Assembly: GCA_019828565.1 (NCBI GenBank)
Contig: JAHDYR010000015.1
Coordinates: forward strand, 504,239-568,238
DNA from: Carpediemonas membranifera BICM
Taxonomy: Eukaryota > Protista > Fornicata
Direction of reading: 5' to 3'
Length of the DNA stretch: 64,000 nucleotides
Positions 22,172 to 32,220 of the stretch are shown here, piece by piece. Positions within the stretch are counted from its first letter, which is position 1, and every line of letters begins with the position of its first letter. The notes below the pieces were generated by a model. It was not told the origin of the DNA. It worked only from the letters and a program-made list of their open reading frames with translations, and did not search any database. The translations under genes and the position numbers were made by a program.

Positions 22172-23395
22172 TTACTCCTCCTCCGTGGACTCCCCACTGC
22201 CGCTGCAGCTGTCCTCGGCCTGACTCACTTGCTGTCCTTGTAGACTCTGCATTACCGTGATGAACTGGGTCATCAGGTCCATGGGTGAGATCTGCTTGGC
22301 CTTCTTAGCCTTCTTGTGCTTGTGCCGGGGGATCGTGGGCTTCTCCTTGCTGGGCTTAGTCGCGACGCCGGAGAGCACCAACCTTCCGTGGCCTTGCTCT
22401 TGCATGAGTCGGGCAGCCTTGAGCGCTGAGATCTCTTGTTGCGCCTCTGCCAACTGCTTTCGGAGCCGCAGCTTCTCCGAGTCCATGCCGGTTGCCTGTC
22501 TGCTTCCAGACTCCCAGTCCATGTCCTCTTCGTGCCTGCTTCTCTTTCCGCTGTCCGAGTCCATGATCCTACTCGTGCTGCCCTCCTTGCGCTTGAGCGT
22601 CGTGGAGGAAGAGTGATCCTTGCTGTTGTCCATGCCTCCCTCTGAGCCTCTACCGGCCCAGGTGTTCCCGCTGAACGAGCCTCTCATCTGCGTTCCCGTG
22701 TTGTCCTGTCTCTCCCTGTCGTCTCCTCCGTGGTTACGATCCGAGGTCCTGTTCATGTTACCAGCTCTGTCGCCGGTTCTGTCGTCAGCTCTGACACCAG
22801 CTCTACCGCCGGCTCCGTGTCCTACCCTTCTGTCCTCTTCCCCGTCTCCATGCTGGTCGTGATGTCCTTGATCCGCGTCCTGGCCGAAGTGCCTGCCCAC
22901 CATCCTGGTGCTAATCCGCCTCGCCTTTTCCTCCAGGCCGTTGTCGAAGAACCTACTTTGGTATGGCTGTTCGGACTTTCCGTCGATGGTGGGGACATAC
23001 GTGATGCCTGGGACATTGACTGTGTTGGCTCTGGGCTCGTCCGGGATAGCTGCCGAGACTAGTCTGGCCCCTTCCTTGCGCATGCGGCTTAGGATGGTCC
23101 CAGCCTCGCTGACCCTGACCATGCCCCAGTCTCTCGGGATGAAGCTCGCCCCTAGGGTGATCCTACCCCTGTTCCTGGGGGCCTTGACGTTGACTATGAC
23201 CTTCTCATAGTCCCTGAGGCTCTCTGCTAGGTCGTCGCAGCCCCAGACTCCTTGATGAGCCGTAGCCTCCTTCGAGGGCCACCACTCGTATAGCATGGCC
23301 ATGGTTATGATGTCCTCCTCCCTTGCTGCCCCTAGGCCCTTCCTGACGCGTACCATGCGGAGCTGGTTAGCCGTGGCTCTTCCATGATGGTCCAT
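22172..23395 (-). CDS. LINE-B ORF1 C-terminal part (low complexity, coiled coil, basic tail)
   Basis: 407-aa ORF overlapping the upstream ORF; LRKQLAEAQQEISALK. Confidence 0.6.
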   Translation of the reverse strand: MDHHGRATANQLRMVRVRKGLGAAREEDIITMAMLYEWWPSKEATAHQGVWGCDDLAESLRDYEKVIVNVKAPRNRGRITLGASFIPRDWGMVRVSEAGTILSRMRKEGARLVSAAIPDEPRANTVNVPGITYVPTIDGKSEQPYQSRFFDNGLEEKARRISTRMVGRHFGQDADQGHHDQHGDGEEDRRVGHGAGGRAGVRADDRTGDRAGNMNRTSDRNHGGDDRERQDNTGTQMRGSFSGNTWAGRGSEGGMDNSKDHSSSTTLKRKEGSTSRIMDSDSGKRSRHEEDMDWESGSRQATGMDSEKLRLRKQLAEAQQEISALKAARLMQEQGHGRLVLSGVATKPSKEKPTIPRHKHKKAKKAKQISPMDLMTQFITVMQSLQGQQVSQAEDSCSGSGESTEEE

Positions 23396-24825
23396 AGCGG
23401 GCTTCTCTCCAGTACACCTTCGTTGTCCATGATTGTGAGGGGGGGCAGTAAGATGCCCTTCATGCCCAACAGAACCTCCCCGAACCCGAAGCCGATGCCG
23501 AAGCGGTGTCCGTTGTCCGGGACTACGAGGATCCTGTCGCCGACTTCCCTGCTGACGTCCCTTGCGTCCCCGATCGGGTACGTGCCGAAGATCTCAAAGG
23601 TGTCCCTCCTTGTCGCGAATTCCGGGCCTCCCATGATATCCATGCCCGGCTCCGCCTTCCCGACTGCTTCCATGGTCTTGTCGAGTGCCTTACCCATGTA
23701 GTGGTAGACGTCTGGGGTGCTCATCCTCTCCTTGCATAGGGCCCTGATCCTGGCTGTGAAGACTACTGTATCCGCCAACCCACAGTGGTAGCAACCCGCG
23801 GTGTGTCTGTGGTACGGACAGACTCCCTTGGGCTCGCTCCTGTTCTGCCATCCATTTGACCATGTTGTTACTGCTTCCAGGTAGTTGGCCTTGTCGAGGT
23901 TGTCCCTGAGGTTTTGGCCAGCCTCCTCCTTGCCGTTTTTCTCCAGGATCTCTGGTAGCTTCTTCTCGTCCACCAGCCTAGCTTGGAAGAATTCCCTGGT
24001 TCCTTGCTCCAGTCCATTTGTGGGGTTCGTGAGGAGGAAGCTTTCCATCTCCACCCCCTTTGCATACATGATTATCTTCCAACCCTCCGACCTTTCGATC
24101 CTTGCCAGCTGAGCCGCCAGGCGGTTGGCCCAGTCCCTGAAAGTATGTATGTGCTTCTCATACTCGATCGGCGGCCGCCCCGTCCCGACCTCCACGAAGG
24201 TGGCCGGCGGCAGCCCCGTCACTGCCCATGCCGTGTACCTCGCTTGGTCCATGCTTGCTGCCGGTATGTCCTGGTAATACAGGCCATGCCCGTGTCCAAG
24301 AATGTCCCCAGTGCTGAGGTCAAAGAGTACGATCCCGCCCTCAACCGGGATGGCAGGGATCCCTGCCTTCTTGACGCCAGGGTCTGCGCACTCGAAGTCG
24401 ATGGCTCCGATCACCAGTCGTTTCTCCTTGTCCTTTCTAGGCATCCTCGGCGGCTGGCTGCTGACCTTGTTTGAGTCGACCTCCTCGTCCTGGTCGATCT
24501 TGCCTTGGTTGGCCCCGACCATGTCCTTGTTCACTTCCAGGAGGCTGTCGTCGAGGCTTCTTCTGCCGGGCATGGTGGCCTGCTGGCGTCGTTCCTCCTT
24601 GTCCTTGACATGTTGCTCCTCGTCTCCGTCGATGACCGTGCTAGCGGACGACCTGTCCAGATCGGCATGTTCGTCCCTATTGCTGCGGACCGAGGTGGCC
24701 TTGAGCACTTCCAGCCTCACCTTCCGGAACGGCGGCTCGTTGCTAAGGGGGTCTCCTCCCCTTCGCCCAGGATATTGGTTCTGCCCTTCAGGTAGATCCC
24801 TGACTTGTTCCATGCTGCCTGCCAT
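23332..24825 (-). CDS. LINE-B ORF1 middle part containing a Maelstrom-like DEDDh/ECHC nuclease domain
   Basis: AIDFEC...IPVEGGIVLFDLSTGDILGHGH...AVTGLPP...YAKGVEME...CPYH...YHCGLAD. Confidence 0.75.
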   Translation of the reverse strand: MAGSMEQVRDLPEGQNQYPGRRGGDPLSNEPPFRKVRLEVLKATSVRSNRDEHADLDRSSASTVIDGDEEQHVKDKEERRQQATMPGRRSLDDSLLEVNKDMVGANQGKIDQDEEVDSNKVSSQPPRMPRKDKEKRLVIGAIDFECADPGVKKAGIPAIPVEGGIVLFDLSTGDILGHGHGLYYQDIPAASMDQARYTAWAVTGLPPATFVEVGTGRPPIEYEKHIHTFRDWANRLAAQLARIERSEGWKIIMYAKGVEMESFLLTNPTNGLEQGTREFFQARLVDEKKLPEILEKNGKEEAGQNLRDNLDKANYLEAVTTWSNGWQNRSEPKGVCPYHRHTAGCYHCGLADTVVFTARIRALCKERMSTPDVYHYMGKALDKTMEAVGKAEPGMDIMGGPEFATRRDTFEIFGTYPIGDARDVSREVGDRILVVPDNGHRFGIGFGFGEVLLGMKGILLPPLTIMDNEGVLERSPLWTIMEEPRLTSSAWYASGRA

Positions 24826-25559
24826 ATGGCCGGGGCCTCCGGTGTCTGAAGCCTGAGGATGTCCCTAGCCTCCTCCATGAAGCGGCTGATGGACCATGCT
24901 GACGTGTCGCTTAGCTCTAGGATGACCCTGTACTTGCCGTCCTCTTGCTCGTAGGCCACTCTGGTGACCGGGCCTTGGTTTGCCGGATCCCATACCTTGT
25001 CGTAAGGCACGCCTTCTACGGCCTCGTCTCCATGAGCCCCTGATACCAGTATGAACGACCCTTCGGCCTTCTTGACGCTGTCCCTGTCTACATCCCATTC
25101 GATGGGCCCATCTTCCTTCGGCTTGAGGATCGCCGTCTCGATGTCCTTCTCAGATGGCCATCTTGCCATGCCAGTGAAGCCCGCTTTCAGCGTCTTGGGC
25201 TCCAGTGCCTGTGCCATGTCCTTTGCTTCCTCGTCTCTGGGGTTGAGCGCCTCTGTGAGCATGTAGAAGAGGTCGCGGAGGCCGTGGATGCCGCATGGGT
25301 TCCTGAGGATGATGTCCTTGTTGTCAGTGACGCCGGTTGCGAAGAGGATGCGTCTGGCGTTCATGATTACTTCCTTGCGTCCTTTGGAGTTCGCATTGAG
25401 CGACTTTCCTGTAAACTTGCCTGTTCTACGAAGAAGTAGAGTCCTTGAATCGTTCCTTTCAGCGAGGAAGCTGTCCAGTAGTTCCCTGATGTCCTCCCAC
25501 TGCTTCTGCGTGGAATCCCTGATCCTTGTCGGTATTTCTACCTGCATTGTTGAGTGCAA
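24717..25559 (-). CDS. LINE-B ORF1 N-terminal part
   Basis: 280-aa ORF at the same position as LINE-A 640-1926, weakly similar. Confidence 0.55.
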   Translation of the reverse strand: MHSTMQVEIPTRIRDSTQKQWEDIRELLDSFLAERNDSRTLLLRRTGKFTGKSLNANSKGRKEVIMNARRILFATGVTDNKDIILRNPCGIHGLRDLFYMLTEALNPRDEEAKDMAQALEPKTLKAGFTGMARWPSEKDIETAILKPKEDGPIEWDVDRDSVKKAEGSFILVSGAHGDEAVEGVPYDKVWDPANQGPVTRVAYEQEDGKYRVILELSDTSAWSISRFMEEARDILRLQTPEAPAIWQAAWNKSGIYLKGRTNILGEGEETPLATSRRSGR

Positions 25560-26149
25560 AATTTCTCCCCTTTCCTAGTCCATAAACTGGGTCGGAATTT
25601 TTGGGTCCGAAAGTCGGGCCACATGTACATATCCGGGTGAGGTCTCCGTCCAGGCCTTCCAGTTTCTCCCATTGTCCATGCTCCGTACTATATAGGCCAT
25701 TCTTTCAAAAAGGCGCGGTCCTAAAAATGCGTCGCCCTTTTCTGAGTAACGGGGCCTTTCTGTGTAGTTGTTGTTGCTTTGTTCGTAGTCTCCTTTTTAG
25801 CCTCTATCGACGGCCCCTGTTTCCCTTTTGTGCTGCCCTTCCTTCCTTGTGGTCTTGACAAAACCATGTAGCCGCCGGTGCTAGCACTGGCCCTCGACGG
25901 TTGTTTTCCTTTTCCTTGTAAACATACGTTCCATGAAGACACTTTGATTCCTTGGTATGGGCGTGGAGCTCCCACTCGCGCCCAGCGGTATGCCCTGATA
26001 GCAACCCTTGAATGTTCAGACAGGAGGCCAAGGCCGCTCCTTCTGAGCTCCATGGGGCACTGCCCTATCCATATAGGCCAGGCCTGTTGGTCCTTGTCCA
26101 TCCATGATCGAAGTGTTTCCACTTTGCTGAAATCATTGGTGAACTTCAA

Positions 26150-26297
26150 ATCAAAACGTGGAATACTAGTATTGTGGTTCGTTTGACGAACTATGTTTAC
26201 AAGAGGAGAAGACTCGACACAATGGTGTCGAGGAGAAACTCCTTGACTAACTAATATCATATATAAATCTGTGTAATCTTGGGTGAGACCCATGACA
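26150..26297 (-). repeat. Second copy of the G1 LTR + leader, fused to the LINE-B 5' region
   Basis: 148 bp identical to 13999-14146. Confidence 0.9.
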
Positions 26298-26576
26298 CCC
26301 CCGCTGAACAGGCTTCGTCGTGTCCGAGTCCACCAATGCTGCAGACAAGCTCGCTCATGGTTCGCCATTCGCAGCCACATGGAGGCAAGGCACCAATTCC
26401 ATGCCACGGCGGCGGTGGTGCGCCTCTTCCAGGAGCTCGTTGACGAGATGTGGCAGTACGTCAACGATTATACGGCTTTGGCATGGGACGAAGAGTCTGG
26501 GGTGATGGTTTGCGAGTTGGCAGACATGGGTGAGGAGCTTGTTTGCTGCATTTGCGGTCATGCACGCGCTGAGTAG
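26298..26576 (+). CDS. 3' part of an unknown gene interrupted by the LTR
   Basis: Open frame with coding-like composition ending CCICGHARAE. Confidence 0.35.
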   Translation, partial: PPLNRLRRVRVHQCCRQARSWFAIRSHMEARHQFHATAAVVRLFQELVDEMWQYVNDYTALAWDEESGVMVCELADMGEELVCCICGHARAE

Positions 26577-26699
26577 TGAGTAAAGGAGTTTTATTGGTCA
26601 GTACATCCCATTTGGTGTGTTTCCCCCAACTACCAATTTTTTTTTCAACATTGGTAGTTTCACAATTTTCACATTACGTCACTTGTTTGGTGAAAAACA

Positions 26700-27624
26700 A
26701 TGGAAACGCCACTTCCGACATGGCTGACGATGAATTTATCGCAACACAAGGCCTATATTCAATATGTCAAGCTTTCAGACAAGTCTGAGCTCTTGCCGTC
26801 TGTCAGGGCCTTCTTCAACAGAGATCTGGCGACTTCGAACCTCGACTGTCTGAACTACTCATTCGTCATGTATGTCAGACCCACTACACTTCTTGTTAAC
26901 ACAGTCTCATCGCAATTCGTGGGGTTGAGATGGACAACATCAAGGCTGCATGCCTTCTCTTCCGCGAGTCGTACAGGGAGGGGCAGACCCTGAGCGGACA
27001 ACTGCACCAGGAGCGGTTTGTCATCGGCTTACGGACAGCCGTCTCCTGCAGAGGTCTTGGGTTCGCGAGGGTGCTTCTTAGCATAGCATCTGCCGAAGAA
27101 CTCGTCCGACTGCAGTGCGACAAGCGACTCCAGGACATGTATGCGTCCTTTGGCCTCAAGGAGTCATCGGACCCGTCGCAGGTCGAGCAGCTGGTGGACA
27201 CGGGGGCAACCCACTTGCCATTGTCACGATGGAGGGCACGATGGGTCCCAACAAGTGGACCAACCTCGGCAAGAGCCTGACAGAGTGCTGTGGGATGATA
27301 ATGCAAGGCTCTACGTTGATCCGCGTGACCAACCATGGTAATAGACTTGATCAGCACGCTCATGGGATGCCTGCTTCCGACAAGAGGAGTGTTGACTCGT
27401 TCGTGGAACGCACCCGTGTGTCCGTGCGCCGTGAACGTGCGGCAAAACAGCCTAACGTCACCCGCATCAGGCAGAAGTTGATGATTATCCGCCATTACAA
27501 CCTTCGTTCTTTCACGCTGGTCAAAGAGATCAAGGAAACGAGGACCGAGATGCGTAAGGAGAAGAAAGCCAACTTCTGGGACAGTGAATGGAATATTTCC
27601 GTTGAGGATGACGAAGAAGTGTAA
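26700..27624 (+). CDS. GNAT-family acetyltransferase (intron 26870-26904; frameshift near 27205)
   Basis: Removing the 35-nt GTATGT...TAACACAG intron joins ORF 26700 in frame to ORF 26930; motif A LRTAVSCRGLGFARVLL and motif B MYASFG. Confidence 0.7.
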
Positions 27625-27648
27625 ATGAAATGAAAATAAAACAAGAAT

Positions 27649-28410
27649 TTATAGCTCCTGTGCCGAACACTCTAAGTAGTAATTCATGATGGCTTGGTAT
27701 ACCTTGCGACGCAGCACATCACGCGATTCTGCCTCAGCACGTTCCGCATTCCGCTTGGCAATGACAGAAGTGAGCTGACTGAGTGTCTTAGCCTCCTTCT
27801 TCAGAACTCTGGTGGGTCTGGCGAAGATGAGATCCGCGTCGCGGTCACGGCAAGGCTTGCTCAGGACGAGCTTGACGTCATCGACCGTCACACCGCACGA
27901 TGAAGCAGCGAAGGCATGGACCTTAGCCCGGTAGGCGATGGGAATGCGGTGAAAGGCATCATCCATCTCGCGGACAGTCGCGATGAGTGGGTCGTCCGTG
28001 TCCAGCTCATCTGTCTGGGCGTCAAGACTGAGGAGAGCCTTGAAGCGGTGACGCTTGTCCTCATCACCGCCTCCCTGCCACTTGCGGCTGATCTCTTCGA
28101 CCGACTGGAGATTGCCGTAGAGCTTGTCCTTCTTCAAGGAGGCTACTTTCATTTTAGGGACCTCGGCGGCAAACTTCTGGCTGAAGTCGACAACCCATCC
28201 GTTTGCGCGGGTAATATCGTCATTATTAAGGAGGAAATTGCTGATAAAGGTCTGAACGATCTCGATGGGCGTCTTGTGAGCTTTTCGGGCTGTTTTCGTG
28301 GACTTGTTGGACTTGCTCTGGCTCTTTTGCTGCGCTTTCTTGCCAAGAGCCATTCTCCTCTCCTTTTGAGCTTCAGTGGCCTGTATATTGCCTTGTTTAC
28401 TTCTTGCCAT
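27649..28410 (-). CDS. Unknown 253-aa protein with a histone H3-tail-like N-terminus
   Basis: MARSKQ...KSTKTARKAHK vs H3 MARTKQTARKS. Confidence 0.75.
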   Translation of the reverse strand: MARSKQGNIQATEAQKERRMALGKKAQQKSQSKSNKSTKTARKAHKTPIEIVQTFISNFLLNNDDITRANGWVVDFSQKFAAEVPKMKVASLKKDKLYGNLQSVEEISRKWQGGGDEDKRHRFKALLSLDAQTDELDTDDPLIATVREMDDAFHRIPIAYRAKVHAFAASSCGVTVDDVKLVLSKPCRDRDADLIFARPTRVLKKEAKTLSQLTSVIAKRNAERAEAESRDVLRRKVYQAIMNYYLECSAQEL

Positions 28411-28736
28411 CGTTGTTTCCTTAAAATGCGTGTGAAAATGTGAAATGAACTGTGACTCTCGACATTGCTGCGCAGCTATGGTATTCCAACGGCACAGAAC
28501 GGGTTTATAGCATGCATATGATCCATTCTGGTGCCTTTATCCTCTATAACCAACATCAGTCCATCAAAAATGAATCTTGCAACAGAATACTCATCCACAC
28601 GCATCGAGAACGAAAAAGAAGCATATAACCAACATCAACAACCTAATAGAAGGCTGCATGCAAGCGTAGAGCTCTCCTAGTCAATTCTTCATTTTCACCA
28701 CCATCGATCTCCACGTCAGGATGAAACCGTGCGCCC

Positions 28737-28892
28737 AAAAGCTCAGAGATGCCGTTATAGATGATATAACGACGTCTCTGAGCTTTTCAGCGATTTCAGT
28801 TTCTGGCCATGGATAAGCTACAAATCCTGTCAATGTTGTCCTCAGAGGACACTGAAAAATTTAATCTGTGTCCTCTGAGGACCAAATTGACA
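28737..28892. other. Two long imperfect palindromes in a divergent intergenic region
   Basis: AAAAGCTCAGAGA..GTTATA gatga TATAAC..TCTCTGAGCTTTT and TGTCAA..GTCCTCAGAGGACAC-15nt-GTGTCCTCTGAGGAC..TTGACA; one arm recurs at ~29075-29094. Confidence 0.85.
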
Positions 28893-29138
28893 AAATCGAA
28901 AATGGAGCGATGAGATGCCCATCGAAAAACGGCCAAAAACAGCGCAGGTGCAGAATGAGCTGAAAATCGGCCAAGGGGGTAGCTCTTGGGTCTTTATGGC
29001 TGATCGGAGGTATTTACATGACAGCTGGCAATATTTATTGAGATAAAACGTATTTCATTTTTTCGAGAAAGTCTTCTGAGGACCAAATTGACAATGGTTA
29101 ACGAAGACATCATCTCTCTCGGCAAACTGAAGGAGACA

Positions 29139-31271
29139 ATGCTTGCTCCTGACGATTCTGGTATGTCACTTTCATTTTCACGGTCCTATTTACACAGATG
29201 ATTCATTCCGTGCATACGACGCCCTTTCGTCCACAAAGAGCCGTATAACCTGGCTGCAAGATCACGGCATCGTCTCTGATGACCCTCTGTTCTTCGTTTG
29301 CGTCCGTCTGATCAGCATTCGTACGATCAACGTTGTTTTCGGGTTCCCGTTGAAGCGCACTTTAAGCCAGCACGTTCACGACTATGGAGTTGCCAAACTA
29401 CGCGCGATATGTGACGCAACTAACCGCAACTACCTCTGCGAGGTCGACTTTGACTCTCCCGACACAATTGAGGCATTCCGACGGAAGTTTTGTGACCACT
29501 TCACCGCCAAATCTGTTCATAAGGCTCTAGTCGGCGTCGACTCGCTCCCTGTTGAGAAGCAGGTTGAGATTTACCGCGCATTCCACCTTGTGTTGCGCCA
29601 CAAGGACTCGAAGAAACTCGATTCTCGTGTTCCGGCAGGCCAATTTGGCCAGTTTATCGCCCACGCCCAGCTCAGCAAGAAGCTGTCCTTCGCTGGCTCA
29701 GAGAAGCTGGCCGAGGAGTTGGCTAAGATCGGTTCGCTCGATCCGTCAGCTCCTCTGAAGAGGAAGATCGCTCGTCTTGAGAAGGAGCTCGCCTCATCGA
29801 CTGCTGCTCTGATGAAGGTCCAAGAGGAGTTAGTCCGGGCCCAGGACCACTCAGCAGCAGCCACCAAGCCTTCTGCCGTCGTTGCTGCCCCTCAGCCGCT
29901 TCCGGTTGTCGACGCAGAGTCCACGACACACGATGAATTTTCCGACACTGACGAGTCCGAGTCTGATGACCACTCTGAACCGGCCGCCATGCAGGGTGAC
30001 GGCGTTCCTTTGCCCCAGACTGATCAAGACATCGACGTAGAGTCTGATGTGGACGACACAGACACCGTTGGTTCTCTCCTTCAGCAGCTAGACGACACCA
30101 TTGCAGGCCTTGATGATGTCCCTGAGTCTGTGCGCTTGTTGGAGCAGTACGAGCCCCTTGATAAAACGGCTTGCTGAGGAGAGGGAGGCGAGGGAGGCGC
30201 TTGAACAGGCTAACAGAGAGTCTGAGGAGTCCCAGAAGAGACTTGAAGCTGAGTTAGGTCAGCAGAAGGCCGAGGATCAGGCGATCCATCAGTTTACTCA
30301 AGCAGAGTTGGCACGCGCGAGTGAGGCTGGGCTTGAAGCGCTCGCCGATGAACTCGAGGACAACTGGGCTGAGCTTGTCAGGCGCGCCGAGGAGGCAACA
30401 GTGGAGCTTGACCGCTACGTTCCTCTCGCTGCCTTGATGGTACTGTTCCAGAGGAACAATGTGACTGGAGCCTTATGGACTCGGATCAATAGCACCATGA
30501 TGAGGTACGGGGGCCAGAAGTTCATAACGGTCCCACCTCTCGACCTCGGTCTGTCGCCAGAGATGAAGGCTATCATCAAACAGCACTCTCCGACGCCTGC
30601 CAATGTTCCCCCCTATGCAGATATACTTACGGAGCGACGTTGATAGGCAGAAGTACATCGACGTGGAGTACGACAAGGTAGGCGAGCGAGTTCTCAAAGA
30701 TCGTAAGAGTTGGCGGAAGATTGCAGTCAACCCGGATGGATTGTGCATCGGCTACTGCCTGCAGAAGGTTGAGAATGGCGAGTTCGACAAGAAGTTTGCG
30801 GCAGAGGAAGTGGCAGCAGTGAGGGAGGAGGTGCGCGCCTGGGGATTCTCCGATGCTGGCGAGAGGCTGAGGCTTGAGACGTCTAACGTGTTCGTGCCCA
30901 CCCTGATGTTCGACGATGCCACTGATTGGTACAGCAACTTTGGTGTCATGGCCTGGTCAGCTCTGAAGAGCAAGACTGTAGTCGTTATCTGGGTCAAGAT
31001 GCTGACGTACCATGACAAGTATATTGTGCGGATGCATTTGACGGAAGTTTATGAGTCCGGCATGGTCCGGCGTGGATCTGATGAAGATGTGGCTGCGGCG
31101 CAAGCTATTGTGGTCGTCAAGGATGAGCATGCGACGCTATTTGTCCGCAAACGTTCAAAGGGTGGTAAGAGAAAGGCTCATACGACTTATATCAAGCGCA
31201 AGGCAGTCGATAAGGATCGCGAAAAGAGAGTTGTTGATGCCGAGGACGTTAAGCGTGGAGTTCCCGAGTAA
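29139..31271 (+). CDS. Coiled-coil protein with C-terminal OTU-like cysteine protease (intron 29161-29197; homopolymer frameshifts near 30155 and 30610)
   Basis: The 37-nt GTATGT...TTTACACAG intron restores frame from ATG 29139; IAVNPDGLCIGYCL Cys motif, W-box DWYSNFGVMAWS, His in KDEHATL. Confidence 0.65.
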
Positions 31272-31298
31272 AAAAAGAGATGTTTTGACATTTTTAAT

Positions 31299-32108
31299 TC
31301 ATTTCTTCCGCTTCTTGAGTGCCGGATACTGCTCCAGGAACCTTGTGAGATAGTTTGGATGAGAAATGGGCAGACTCGGGAACCTAGCAATGGTTAAGAC
31401 CTCACCCGCATCAAAGAAGATCTCGCCGTAACTGATACGAAGAAACTCTTCGGCCTGAATGACGTTCGTCGACTCAACCGCAAGGACTGGAAGGTCCTTG
31501 AGCAAACGGTTGGTGAACTGGCAGTTGGTGTCACTCTCACTGTGGTTGATGAGGTGTACACCAATGCCTTCACCTTCGCCGGCGTCGACGTGAATGTTGC
31601 TAGCGTCGAATGAAATGCTGTGTAAAGGCATAATGAACAATGAACAAACACCATGTTGCTGTTATTCGCGTGGTAGTCCTCGTCGGACACAATCCTACCG
31701 GCGTAAATGCCGAGGAGCTTTCCGGGCTCAATTGCGGCAGTTGCAATGAGGCCTCTACCCACGTCCGTGTGGTCGGGGAGCCAGACAAGGCTGCACCTCA
31801 ACGGCAATGGAGGGGTGGGTCAGCCGGGTGGATAACCAACTCGGGGGTTCGAGGGGAGGAAGGTCCTTCTCGGCCTCCTTAAGCTCCCTGATCGACTCCT
31901 CGGGAGTGTTTGGGTAGATCGCGGCGACCAGATCCGGATGCAGTGCCTGAGTATGCACAACGGATTCAATGATGGAATCTTCGCTTGAGGAATCCTCCTG
32001 AGAATCATTTGAAGGCGCAGACGGCGGCGTCTTGCCCGCAGTGGACGTAATGGGTATTCTGATACCCCCAGGCTGCGGCTTTGGTGGGAGCGCCTTTCTT
32101 CTCGCCAT
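31299..32108 (-). CDS. SET-domain lysine methyltransferase (intron 31618-31649; homopolymer frameshifts near 31810-31845)
   Basis: GRGLIA, IYAG, LINHS, FLRISYG; the 32-nt GTTTGT...TTTACACAG intron joins the two SET halves in frame. Confidence 0.85.
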
Positions 32109-32220
32109 CTGATTTTTTTTGCAAACGGACACGCGGTATTTCTCGGGATTGATGGGGCCGTCTCACACCGTAAAGGACACACATACAATATCTTATCTGT
32201 AACACCAGAATGCTTGCTTA

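Larger units (their letters stand above)
17486..26149 (-). mobile_element. LINE-B: non-LTR retrotransposon related to LINE-A, with (TTTC)n tail at 17486-17500
   Basis: ORF1 region 22172-25559, ORF2 18397-21839, ~900 nt 3' UTR, tail. Confidence 0.9.
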
